NCBI RefSeq assembly: GCF_000299365.1
Contig: NC_018655.1
Coordinates: 270,001 to 302,000 of the forward strand
Direction: 5' to 3'
From: Candidatus Nitrosopumilus koreensis AR1
Lineage (GTDB): Archaea > Thermoproteota > Nitrososphaeria > Nitrososphaerales > Nitrosopumilaceae
DNA length: 32,000 bases
The translations under genes and the position numbers were made by a program. Within the stretch, counting starts at the first letter, position 1; each line of letters starts with the position of its first letter. Shown here in pieces: positions 10,901 through 19,079 of this stretch. Below the pieces are notes generated by a model that searched no databases, was not told where the DNA came from, and worked only from the letters and a program-made list of their open reading frames with translations.

Positions 10901-11722
10901 CCAACTATGGACATCTATCTTGATGAGGAATCAAAGAAATCAAGAGAAAAGGCAATTGATGTGGCAAGAAATGTTTTGCAAACCAAAGTCAGTGCATTGA
11001 TTGCAGATAGTGAAACTGATTATGCAACTGAAATTAAATTAGTTCTTAGTGAAAACAGACTCAAAGAGAGAGGTTGCTCAATTGCTGAAGTTGAGGCAGC
11101 ATTATCTTCAAACAAGAAATTCAAACTAGAGACAACTGGTGAATTAATTACTCTAAAACTAGTTGAAGAATCTGATACTGCTACAGCAATTGCAATCAGA
11201 AACAAGGTTCTCAATACTACTGTTAAAGGTGTACCTGACATTGAACGTGTAACACTTGTCCAAAAAGATGACGAGTGGGTAATCCAGACAACTGGTTCTA
11301 ATGTTGCAAAGGTCTTAGAGGTAAAAGGAATCGATAAGAAAAATGTTAGGACAAACAACGTCTTTGAAATTGCCGGAACGCTTGGAATAGAGGCTGCAAG
11401 AAATTCATTAATCAATGAACTTAACAGCACACTAGAAGATCAGGGACTTGAAGTAGACAATAGATACATTATGTTAGTTGCTGATTTGATGTGTTCACGT
11501 GGTTATATGCAACAAATCGGAAGACACGGAATTGCTGGAACCAAAGACAGTGTCTTGGCAAGAGCCGCATTTGAGATTACTGTTCCAACAATTGCACATG
11601 CTGCACTTGGAGGAGAAATTGAACAACTCAAAGGTATTACTGAGAACGTAATTGTTGGAAGTAACATTCCAATTGGAAGTGGTACAGTTGATTTGTACAT
11701 GCAAGTAAGCAAGAAGAAATAA
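7931..11722 (+). CDS. rpoA: DNA-directed RNA polymerase subunit A (A' and A'' fused, 1263 aa)
   Basis: [15 protein letters not shown] catalytic motif, [19 protein letters not shown], and the A'' part ([27 protein letters not shown]) in one continuous ORF. The start overlaps the rpoB stop (TAATG). Confidence 0.98.
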   Translation: [1263 protein letters not shown]

Positions 11723-11735
11723 CTGGATGATAATT

Positions 11736-11963
11736 ATGGCAGATGAAATCTCAACATTAATGGCAAACTCCAAAGACAAAGTTGTATTGCTTCGATTACG
11801 AAACAACAAGACCATTCAAGGAGTACTGCAAGACTTTGACATCCACATGAATCTTACACTAGAAAATGCTGAAGATGTTTCTGAAGAAAAACCTGATCCT
11901 CTGGGCAAAGTACTGCTTCGTGGAGATAATATTTTGGCAATATCTTTGCCTGACGAAGAATAA
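11736..11963 (+). CDS. Sm-like/Lsm RNA-binding protein
   Basis: MADEISTLMANSKDKVVLLRLRNNKTIQGVLQDFDIHMNLTLENAEDV...GKVLLRGDNILAISLPDEE has Sm1 and Sm2 motifs (LRGDNI). Start chosen at 11736; the track uses 11727. Confidence 0.9.
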   Translation: MADEISTLMANSKDKVVLLRLRNNKTIQGVLQDFDIHMNLTLENAEDVSEEKPDPLGKVLLRGDNILAISLPDEE

Positions 11964-12004
11964 GCCTAACAACCCATAAATCCTAAACTGTTTTATGAAC
12001 AGTA

Positions 12005-13183
12005 TTGCTTGATTTTTTGTTTTTGATTTTTATTCTGCCATTTGCTGCAGCTCAAGAGATTCCAGACTATGAAAACCCATATGCTCCTATATTTTTTGAC
12101 AGACCCATCTACTCTTGGACTGATAAAATCAAAATCCAAATAATTGCCCCTAGCTGGAATACTGACAACGATTTGATTGATTCAATTGGAGGTAACAGTG
12201 ATAACCCAATAAAAATTTCCACGCGAAGTCATTCACTGGAATCTTACAGACTCACTGAGACAGATGTCTCCAGTGGGATATTTGCAGGTGAGGTGATTCT
12301 TACTGGATTTTTACATGACGCAGACGGTGATGGTAACTATGATACAACTCCTAGAACTGCAGGTAGTGGTCCTACAAGTGGGTTTTTGGAAGTTGAAAGA
12401 GACTCTGCAGTTACCGTATCCTTTGAATTTGCCGACGGTGTGGTGTTATCTGAATCAGTCCCAATATCTTGGAATCTTGGGTCAGTTGAATTTACAAATG
12501 ATATCTTCTTTCCTGAAGACTCTGTGACAGTTAGAGTGATTGATCCTGACATGAATCTCAACCCCGAAGCAATTGATCAAATTACTCTTGAGGTTTTTTC
12601 AGACTCTGATGTAGGCGGAATTACTGCAAACGCAATAGAGACATCTGAGGCCTCTGGCTCTTTTACTGCTACAATATCTTTGACTAAAAACTCTGCATCT
12701 AGTGGAAACAGGCTGTATGCAATTCCTGGTGATGAGATTACTGCAAAATACAATGATCATACTTTGCCAAAACCTTATTCAGAATCTGATAACTTGGAAA
12801 TCCGAGATAGTTCTAGATTAGAGTCGCCTGTTCCTCCAACCCAACGGCTGCAAAATACTGCAATCAATATTTCTAATAGTTTTGGAAAAACCATGCAATC
12901 CATATCTTCAAATCAACAAATACAGATTGTTGGAAGCATATCAAACATGCAAGAATATGATCAAACGTTTGTTTACCTATTTCAAGTAAAGAACTCTCAA
13001 GATTCTGTGGAATCGCTTTCTTGGATTCAGGGGCAGTTGTCATCCGGACAAAACCTTGATGTATCTCAATCATGGATCCCAAAAAGATCTGGAAACTACA
13101 CCATTGAGACATTTGTTTGGACCTCATTGAATGACCCAATGGTATTGTCAAATGCTATGATGAGATCAATTTCAGTGACATGA
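12005..13183 (+). CDS. Secreted beta-rich surface protein of unknown function
   Basis: Signal peptide MLDFLFLIFILPFAAAQ (TTG start), then about 370 aa rich in Ser/Thr/Asp. No PEFG tail. Confidence 0.7.
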   Translation: MLDFLFLIFILPFAAAQEIPDYENPYAPIFFDRPIYSWTDKIKIQIIAPSWNTDNDLIDSIGGNSDNPIKISTRSHSLESYRLTETDVSSGIFAGEVILTGFLHDADGDGNYDTTPRTAGSGPTSGFLEVERDSAVTVSFEFADGVVLSESVPISWNLGSVEFTNDIFFPEDSVTVRVIDPDMNLNPEAIDQITLEVFSDSDVGGITANAIETSEASGSFTATISLTKNSASSGNRLYAIPGDEITAKYNDHTLPKPYSESDNLEIRDSSRLESPVPPTQRLQNTAINISNSFGKTMQSISSNQQIQIVGSISNMQEYDQTFVYLFQVKNSQDSVESLSWIQGQLSSGQNLDVSQSWIPKRSGNYTIETFVWTSLNDPMVLSNAMMRSISVT

Positions 13184-13235
13184 AAAGTATCAATCATACG
13201 TGATTATTAAATAGAAAATTACATGTTTTTTTGTT

Positions 13236-14876
13236 GTGATGCGCATTATCCTAGGGATAACTCTAGTGCTAGCAACATTTGCTCCGCTTACATTCTCTGA
13301 TATCTTTGCTGATTCATTTAATGTGAGTTTTGACAAGGATAGTTATCATACTGGTGATGCACTTGTCATATCAGGTCAGATAATTGATTTTGGGATGCCC
13401 ATCATTGCAATGAGTGTATTTGATCCTACCGGACAAATTCTTTCTGCAAATAACTTGGAACTTTCATCAGATGGCAGCTTCTCAAAAACCATTTCACTAT
13501 ATTCTCCGTTTTATGAAATCACTGGGAAATATCTCGTAAAACTTGACTATGGTAAAGTTACTGAAGAGCATACCTTTGTCATAGAGGGTGATGTAGTAGA
13601 ACCAGAAACTGCACCACAAGAGGATGTAGTGCCTGAAATCACATCTCTATATACTGAAAAAGATCATTATTTTGATAATGACACAATCCAAATTTTTGGT
13701 TCTGTGTCATCTTTGGACTCTCCTACAGTTCTAATTGGTATTCATGATCCATTTGGTTCTCCTGCTGGATTTTATTTTGGAAACATAAACAATAACTTGG
13801 AATTTTCTACAAGCTTTCTTGTTAAGGACGGTGTAAATTTTAAATCTGAAGGAACTTACTCAATTAAAGCTCATTATGCAGAGACAACTACAGAACATTT
13901 TTTTGAATACTCTGCAAATCCTCCTGTTTCAGAAGAACCTGTTGAAGATACCGCTGAGGAAACAACAGAAACAGTTGAAGAAACAGTTGAAGAAACAATT
14001 GAAGAAACAATTAAAGAAACAGTAGCAACAACTGAAACAGAAACAGTTGAAGAAACAGTTGAAGAAACAGTTGAAGAAACAATTGAACCAACTAAAACAG
14101 TAAAAACAACTGAACAAACTGAAGAAACAATTGAACCTGTTGATGATGTGATTGATGAAATAGTTTCTCAAAAAGAAACAGTAACAAATGATGATGGAGA
14201 AACTAAAACAAAAATTGTTTCAAAAGAAACAACAAAAAATAATGCTCCAAAAGATAACATTCTAAAAAATAAAGAATATGATAATCTATCTGTTGAGGAT
14301 ATTGAACTTGGAAAATTACTAAATCAAATTAATCTAAAATGTGATACTAGTACTTTTGTTGATACTATCTCTTATTATGACGGAATGGGACCTGCACTTT
14401 ACAGATTATGTCAGTTTAATGATTCATTGGAATTTTTTAACAAATCTTTAATTGAAAATCCTGATGATGTAGAAATTCTTGTAAACAAAGGCTCTACATT
14501 AGGAAAGATTGGATATGTCTCAGAAGCAATAGCATATTATGATCATGCTATTGCCCTTGACCCTAATTACTTGCCTGCCAAAAATAACAAGGCAAACGCC
14601 TTGGCAAATCTTGGAAATCTAGATGAAGCAATTTTACTTTACAATGAAATCCTTGACTATAATCCAAATTATTACACTGCAAGAACAAATCTTGATACTG
14701 CATTATCCTTCAAATACGAAAATTCAGAATCATCAGAAGTGATTAATGTATCTGAATATGAAATTCAAAATTCATTTAACGAAAAATCTTCATTTGAAAA
14801 TACAAAAGAAAAACCATCTAACATTTTTGAAGAATTAACTCGCGTCTTTTCATCTTTGTTTGGATTTGCTGAATGA
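13236..14876 (+). CDS. Secreted protein with Ig-like domains, Thr/Glu-rich linker and C-terminal TPR repeats
   Basis: Signal peptide, then FDKDSYHTGDALVISGQI..., then (EETVEETIEET)n, then TPR-like ILVNKGSTLGKIGYVSEAIAYYDHAIALDPNYLPAKNNKANALANLGNLDEAILLYNEILDYNPNYYTARTNL. Confidence 0.75.
   Translation: MMRIILGITLVLATFAPLTFSDIFADSFNVSFDKDSYHTGDALVISGQIIDFGMPIIAMSVFDPTGQILSANNLELSSDGSFSKTISLYSPFYEITGKYLVKLDYGKVTEEHTFVIEGDVVEPETAPQEDVVPEITSLYTEKDHYFDNDTIQIFGSVSSLDSPTVLIGIHDPFGSPAGFYFGNINNNLEFSTSFLVKDGVNFKSEGTYSIKAHYAETTTEHFFEYSANPPVSEEPVEDTAEETTETVEETVEETIEETIKETVATTETETVEETVEETVEETIEPTKTVKTTEQTEETIEPVDDVIDEIVSQKETVTNDDGETKTKIVSKETTKNNAPKDNILKNKEYDNLSVEDIELGKLLNQINLKCDTSTFVDTISYYDGMGPALYRLCQFNDSLEFFNKSLIENPDDVEILVNKGSTLGKIGYVSEAIAYYDHAIALDPNYLPAKNNKANALANLGNLDEAILLYNEILDYNPNYYTARTNLDTALSFKYENSESSEVINVSEYEIQNSFNEKSSFENTKEKPSNIFEELTRVFSSLFGFAE
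13958..14130 (+). repeat. Imprecise in-frame repeat encoding (T/V)EET(V/I)EET
   Basis: Repeated units of the gaaacagttgaagaaacagttgaagaaacaattgaa type. Boundaries are approximate. Confidence 0.8.
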
Positions 14877-14950
14877 TCTTTCTTTTTTGTGTGCGTAATT
14901 TTTCCATAAACCTATAAAGCCCTGTTGAGACGATGCTGATAAGGAAAAAC

Positions 14951-15274
14951 ATGAGTAAGATACTTGAGAAATCTTTGAAAGATGCCCACAAAGAAGGCAA
15001 GTTAACAATGGGTACTAAACAAGTTTTAAACTCTGTAAAAAATTCCAAGCTAATTGTATTGTCTCAATCTGTAGGAAAAGAAACAGTTGAGCAAATTGAA
15101 TCAGATGCAAAAAAAGAAAAAATACCTTTAGTAAACTTTCAAGGAACTTCAGTCGCATTGGGCAAATTATGTGGCTTGCAATTTAGAATTTCAACAATTT
15201 CATTTACATCAATCGATGACGCAAACATCAAATCAATTTTAAAAGATACAGAAGCTGAGGAAAAAAATGATTAG
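14951..15274 (+). CDS. rpl30e: 50S ribosomal protein L30e
   Basis: MSKILEKSLKDAHKEGKLTMGTKQVLNSVKNSKLIVLSQSV... is an L7Ae/L30e fold sequence located between the RNA polymerase genes and nusA. Confidence 0.88.
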   Translation: MSKILEKSLKDAHKEGKLTMGTKQVLNSVKNSKLIVLSQSVGKETVEQIESDAKKEKIPLVNFQGTSVALGKLCGLQFRISTISFTSIDDANIKSILKDTEAEEKND

Positions 15275-15328
15275 ATATACTATTGAAAGTTTAAATGAGA
15301 CATTTTTTGTTTGGAGGCATTAACAATT

Positions 15329-15793
15329 ATGACACAATCAATCAAACTAACAACGGATCAAATGCGTATGATGTCTTTGTTCCAAAATGTTACTGGTGCA
15401 ACAGCACGTGATTGTGTCGAAGATGAAAAACAAGATAGAGTAATTTTTGTAGTTAACACAGGAAAGATGGGACTTGCAATTGGTAAAGGTGGCATGCATA
15501 TCAAATCATTACAGAACATTGTAAAGAGAAATGTTGAACTAGTTGAATTTGACGATGATCCGGCAAAATTTTTGTCTAATTTGCTTAATTCTAAACTGGT
15601 ATCTGAAGTAAAAATAAATACACGAACAGATGGGACAAAACAGGCAATCGTTATGGTAGACCCAAGAAAGAAAGGAATTGTTGTAGGAAGAGAGGGCAGA
15701 AATGCTGAGAAGGCAAGAATGCTTGCAAAACGATATTTTGATATTACTAGTGTCTTGATTAACAGTCCTGAAAGACAAACTATGGAGATGTAA
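15329..15793 (+). CDS. nusA: NusA-like transcription termination factor (KH domains)
   Basis: MTQSIKLTTDQMRMMSLFQNVTGATARDCVED...VNTGKMGLAIGKGGMHIKSLQNIVKR...MVDPRKKGIVVGREGRNAEKARMLAKRYFDI has two KH GxxG motifs. Confidence 0.92.
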   Translation: MTQSIKLTTDQMRMMSLFQNVTGATARDCVEDEKQDRVIFVVNTGKMGLAIGKGGMHIKSLQNIVKRNVELVEFDDDPAKFLSNLLNSKLVSEVKINTRTDGTKQAIVMVDPRKKGIVVGREGRNAEKARMLAKRYFDITSVLINSPERQTMEM

Positions 15794-15796
15794 AAT

Positions 15797-16234
15797 ATGA
15801 GAAAATCACCACTTGGATTATTTGCAGGCAGAGTTCTAACTGCCAAAAAGAAAAGGCAGAGATGGGCTATCTCTACTTACAAAAGGAGAGAATTAGGTAT
15901 TGATAAAAAAGCAGACCCACTTGGTGGTGCTCCCCAAGCAAGAGGAATTGTTTTAGAAAAAGTTGGAGTTGCAGCAAAACAGCCAAACTCTGCAATTAGA
16001 AAATGTGTTCGTGTTCAATTAATTAAAAATGGTAAATCAGTTACCGCATTCTTGCCAAGAGATGGTGCAATGAACTTTATTGATGAACACGACGAAGTTC
16101 ACATTCAAGGAATGGGTGCAACTCAAGGTGGTGCAATGGGTGATATTCCTGGTGTTAGATTCAAAGTATTCAAAGTAAACGGAACTTCTCTTCATGAACT
16201 AGTTATTGGAAAGAAGGAGAAACCAAGGAGATAG
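15797..16234 (+). CDS. rps12: 30S ribosomal protein S12 (uS12)
   Basis: [69 protein letters not shown]. Confidence 0.97.
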   Translation: MRKSPLGLFAGRVLTAKKKRQRWAISTYKRRELGIDKKADPLGGAPQARGIVLEKVGVAAKQPNSAIRKCVRVQLIKNGKSVTAFLPRDGAMNFIDEHDEVHIQGMGATQGGAMGDIPGVRFKVFKVNGTSLHELVIGKKEKPRR

Positions 16235-16238
16235 AAAC

Positions 16239-16838
16239 ATGGCACAAACAAAAAACTTGTTATTATTTAGAAAATGGGATTTATCTGATATTGAAGTCAA
16301 AGACCCAGGTCTTAAAACTGCAATCTCTCTGAAAAAACAAATCTTACCATACACCTTTGGTCGTTCTGCACTCAAAAGATTCAACAAAGCAGATGTCAAT
16401 ATTGTCGAGAGACTAATCAACAAGACAATGCATTTTGGTAAAAAATATGCAAAGAACACCGGTAGAATGACTGGAAAGAAAACCAAAGTTCTCAATACCG
16501 TTAGAACTGCATTTACAATTATTGAACTAAAAACTGGCAAAAACCCAGTGGAAGTGCTAGTTAGAGCAGTTGAAAACTCAGCTCCTAATGAAGACACAAC
16601 CAGAATTGTATACGGTGGTACTGTTTATCACGTATCAGTTGATGTTGCACCAATCAGACGAGTTGACTTGGCTTTGAGATTCATTGCTGATGCAATCAAG
16701 GAATCAACATTTTCAAATCCAAAACCAATAGAAGAGCATATGGCAGAACACCTAATCTTGGCTGCAGAAAATGATCCTAACGCTCCTTCTGTAAAGAAGA
16801 AGAATGAGCTAGAAAGAATCGCACAAGCATCAAGATAG
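16239..16838 (+). CDS. rps7: 30S ribosomal protein S7 (uS7)
   Basis: MAQTKNLLLFRKWDLSDIEVKDPGLKTAISLKKQILPYTFGRSALKRFNKADVNIVERLINKTMHFGKKYAKNTGRMTGKK...PNEDTTRIVYGGTVYHVSVDVAPIRRVDLALRFI. The true start is 16239; the track ORF begins inside rps12. Confidence 0.96.
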   Translation: MAQTKNLLLFRKWDLSDIEVKDPGLKTAISLKKQILPYTFGRSALKRFNKADVNIVERLINKTMHFGKKYAKNTGRMTGKKTKVLNTVRTAFTIIELKTGKNPVEVLVRAVENSAPNEDTTRIVYGGTVYHVSVDVAPIRRVDLALRFIADAIKESTFSNPKPIEEHMAEHLILAAENDPNAPSVKKKNELERIAQASR

Positions 16839-16857
16839 AACTTTTAGAATATTCCAG

Positions 16858-16948
16858 TAGCCCGAGGCAGATTCGAACTGCCGTCTCCGCCTATATCCAC
16901 TTTGTGAGATCCAGAGGGCAGAATCCTTGACCGCTAGACTATCGGGCT
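16858..16948 (-). tRNA. tRNA-Gln(CTG) containing an approximately 18-nt intron (16893..16910)
   Basis: Minus strand AGCCCGA-TA-GTCT-AGCGGTCAA-GGAT-T-CTGCC-CTCTGG[ATCTCACAAAGTGGATAT]A-GGCGG-AGAC-GGCAG-TTCGAAT-CTGCC-TCGGGCT-A. Acceptor (7 bp) and T (5 bp) stems are perfect and the mature length is 73 nt. The A1-U72 pair and CUCUGGA loop favour Gln over Glu. Confidence 0.85.
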
Positions 16949-16994
16949 ACTTGAAAGAAATTTTGAATGTTTAGAATATAATCATTTGTTGTAA

Positions 16995-17330
16995 TCATTT
17001 TAGTCTAACTTCTCTGATTGCAGTTGCATAATCGCACTCTGCTCTTAATCTCATGTAGGGAATTAACTTGTAGTGTATTGAATACAGTGTTCCTTCTTTG
17101 AGTAGAATTCCTTTTTGTTGTAGTGATGCAAGTCCTCTTGATGGAATGTTAATTGAGATATTGTATTGTTGACAAATCTTATCGCGTTTGTCTTGAAATT
17201 GTTTTAGAGTAAATGAAACATCATTTAATTCTAAAATCAAGGGCCAAATAATTTCTGCCCAGACAAATCTCCTGTTCTCAGTAGCGGAAGCATACTTGCC
17301 TTTTTCACTCAACATTAATAACATCTGCAA
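16995..17330 (-). CDS. Hypothetical protein (start uncertain)
   Basis: Open 111-aa frame: MLSEKGKYASATENRRFVWAEIIWPLILELNDVSFTLKQF.... No family recognised. Confidence 0.6.
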   Translation of the reverse strand: MQMLLMLSEKGKYASATENRRFVWAEIIWPLILELNDVSFTLKQFQDKRDKICQQYNISINIPSRGLASLQQKGILLKEGTLYSIHYKLIPYMRLRAECDYATAIREVRLK

Positions 17331-17346
17331 ATGATGTTATAACTTA

Positions 17347-18051
17347 TTGTCCCAAAAGGAGATTGAAGAGTCATTAGATTTACTACAAAAAGATTGGGAT
17401 GTAGACCCAATACTCCGAAACTTTATGCTAGGAAAAATTACTGATGTATCTGATAGGCCAATCAAAGTAAAAGATGTGGTTTTTCATGTTCCATATCTTA
17501 ATTCTGAAAAAAAATTCATCTTGTGGAAATGTTTCTGGCCTGACTGCCACAACTGTTGTGACAGACAAGGTAGACTGCCACTAACTTCAGATGACTTGAT
17601 TACCATTGGAAAGGGCCTCAAATACCAAAAACCCTCAGAATTTATCAAAAACGAAACACTAACTGTTACTTATTCTGAACCAGGACCATCTGGACAGATG
17701 ACTACAATGACTACCATTAACCTCAAAAGAAAAAAAGATGAGACAGAAGCAGATGATGGAACGCACATCTCATGCAGATTTCTAGATGATGAGGGTGGTT
17801 GTTCCATGCATCCAGACAGACCTGGTGTGTGTTACCTGTATCCGTTTTCTAGCTGGCTTGAAAACGAGAAAGGAAAGCCACGTGTTCATGCAACATACCA
17901 ATTTACTGGTGATTGTCCTGGATTTTATCTGGCTGAAGATCTAGAACCAATGAAAGAAGAGTTTAAGGAATATTCCAAGATAATATATGATTACAATATG
18001 GCATCAAATAGGACAAACCGCGAAGGATTTGGCTCTGTTAGTTTTGGGTAG
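17347..18051 (+). CDS. YkgJ-type CxxCxxCC zinc/iron-chelating domain protein
   Basis: CFWPDCHNCCDRQGRLPLTSDD...CRFLDDEGGCSMHPDRPGVCYLYPF. TTG start. Confidence 0.8.
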   Translation: MSQKEIEESLDLLQKDWDVDPILRNFMLGKITDVSDRPIKVKDVVFHVPYLNSEKKFILWKCFWPDCHNCCDRQGRLPLTSDDLITIGKGLKYQKPSEFIKNETLTVTYSEPGPSGQMTTMTTINLKRKKDETEADDGTHISCRFLDDEGGCSMHPDRPGVCYLYPFSSWLENEKGKPRVHATYQFTGDCPGFYLAEDLEPMKEEFKEYSKIIYDYNMASNRTNREGFGSVSFG

Positions 18052-18065
18052 ATCTTTTTAGAAAA

Positions 18066-19079
18066 TTATGCTTTAGCCACTTTCATCAAGTCAGCTATCT
18101 TGATATCCATTCCAAATCTGTCTTCATTCTTTTTCATGTATCGAAATATTGCCAAAAAGTCTGGAAGTGCCTTAAAGAAATTGAAATCCTTGTGAATTTT
18201 TGCTCGGACAAAATTAAACACTTTGGCATAGACCTTGTAGTGTTTCTCAACTGCCTTTTCATATGCCTTAAAGTCATGCATGTTATCTAGGAAAATCTCA
18301 ACGCATTGCATTGATGGAATAATTCCCTCTCCTAACAATGCATAAACTGTTCCAATGGATTCTCCAACACCTACAACTTTTCCTGAATAGTATGGCTTGC
18401 ATCTATCCGGTGTTGCTAATCTGATTGGTCTTCCCTTTGTCTTGAGAACTTTACCTCCGTGCTTTTTTAGAAAATCATCAGTTGCCTTGATGTGCTGTTT
18501 ATTGTAATCCCCTGCTCCAATGTGGGCCCACTTTTCTCCCAATGGAAAATACCAGAAATATCCTGACATGCCAGGAAATGGTTCAATGTAAAAGTCATCA
18601 TATGGAACTCCATTTTCATATTCTACTTTGTACTCGTATGTTGGCAAAAAGAAATCTTCCTTTAATTTTGGCAAGTATACTCTGTGAAATCCAGTACAAT
18701 CAACTATCATGTCGTACTCTTTTTCTAATTCCTCAAGAGTTGGTGGTTTACCGTAGATAACTTTGGAATCTTTAATGAAATCTTTGATGAGTCCAAGCTT
18801 GTCATATGTACATAGTCCTTTCAGACCAATGTCAAACTTTATGTCATTATTCATCTTGACATGCATATTTTTCCCATCATGGATTAGAAAATCATTAAAA
18901 TCCCTGCCAGTCTTTTTGCAGAATTCAGTTAGGATTGGTTTGATTGTCCCCCAAGCGCAAATAGAATCGTGCCTTTCTTTTGGGTTTAACTCGTACCCTG
19001 TTACATCATGTTCAGAGTCTTTGAGTCTGGCCATAAGATAGGAACCTGCTACTCCCATTCCCATTACTGCAATCTTCAA
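18066..19079 (-). CDS. FAD-dependent oxidoreductase, geranylgeranyl-reductase-like
   Basis: N-terminal Rossmann motif MKIAVMGMGVAGSYLMARL; PYDDFYIEPFPGMSGYFWYFPLGEKWAHIGAGD; GKVVGVGESIGTVYALLGEGIIPSMQC. Confidence 0.85.
   Translation of the reverse strand: MKIAVMGMGVAGSYLMARLKDSEHDVTGYELNPKERHDSICAWGTIKPILTEFCKKTGRDFNDFLIHDGKNMHVKMNNDIKFDIGLKGLCTYDKLGLIKDFIKDSKVIYGKPPTLEELEKEYDMIVDCTGFHRVYLPKLKEDFFLPTYEYKVEYENGVPYDDFYIEPFPGMSGYFWYFPLGEKWAHIGAGDYNKQHIKATDDFLKKHGGKVLKTKGRPIRLATPDRCKPYYSGKVVGVGESIGTVYALLGEGIIPSMQCVEIFLDNMHDFKAYEKAVEKHYKVYAKVFNFVRAKIHKDFNFFKALPDFLAIFRYMKKNEDRFGMDIKIADLMKVAKA

Noticed and set aside
7778-11815. Antisense and alternate-frame ORFs overlapping rpoA (7778, 8380, 8900, 9474, 9725, 10134, 11020, 11495, 11503)
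   Set aside because: Shadows of the rpoA reading frame; no independent signal.
13958-14130. Possible CRISPR-like short repeats
   Set aside because: The repeats are imprecise, in-frame 9-12 nt units without spacers, inside a coding linker.
13929-14171. Minus-strand Cys/Phe-rich ORF (NCFFNCFFNCFF)
   Set aside because: Reverse reading of the Thr/Glu-rich linker repeat; an artefact of repetitive codons.
15358-16597. Minus-strand ORFs opposite nusA, rps12 and rps7 (15358, 15539, 16199)
   Set aside because: Antisense to strongly recognisable conserved genes.
16858-16948. tRNA-Glu(CTC) reading of the tRNA
   Set aside because: CTC occurs in the expanded loop, but the canonical position, A1-U72 pair and CUCUGGA mature loop fit Gln(CTG) better.
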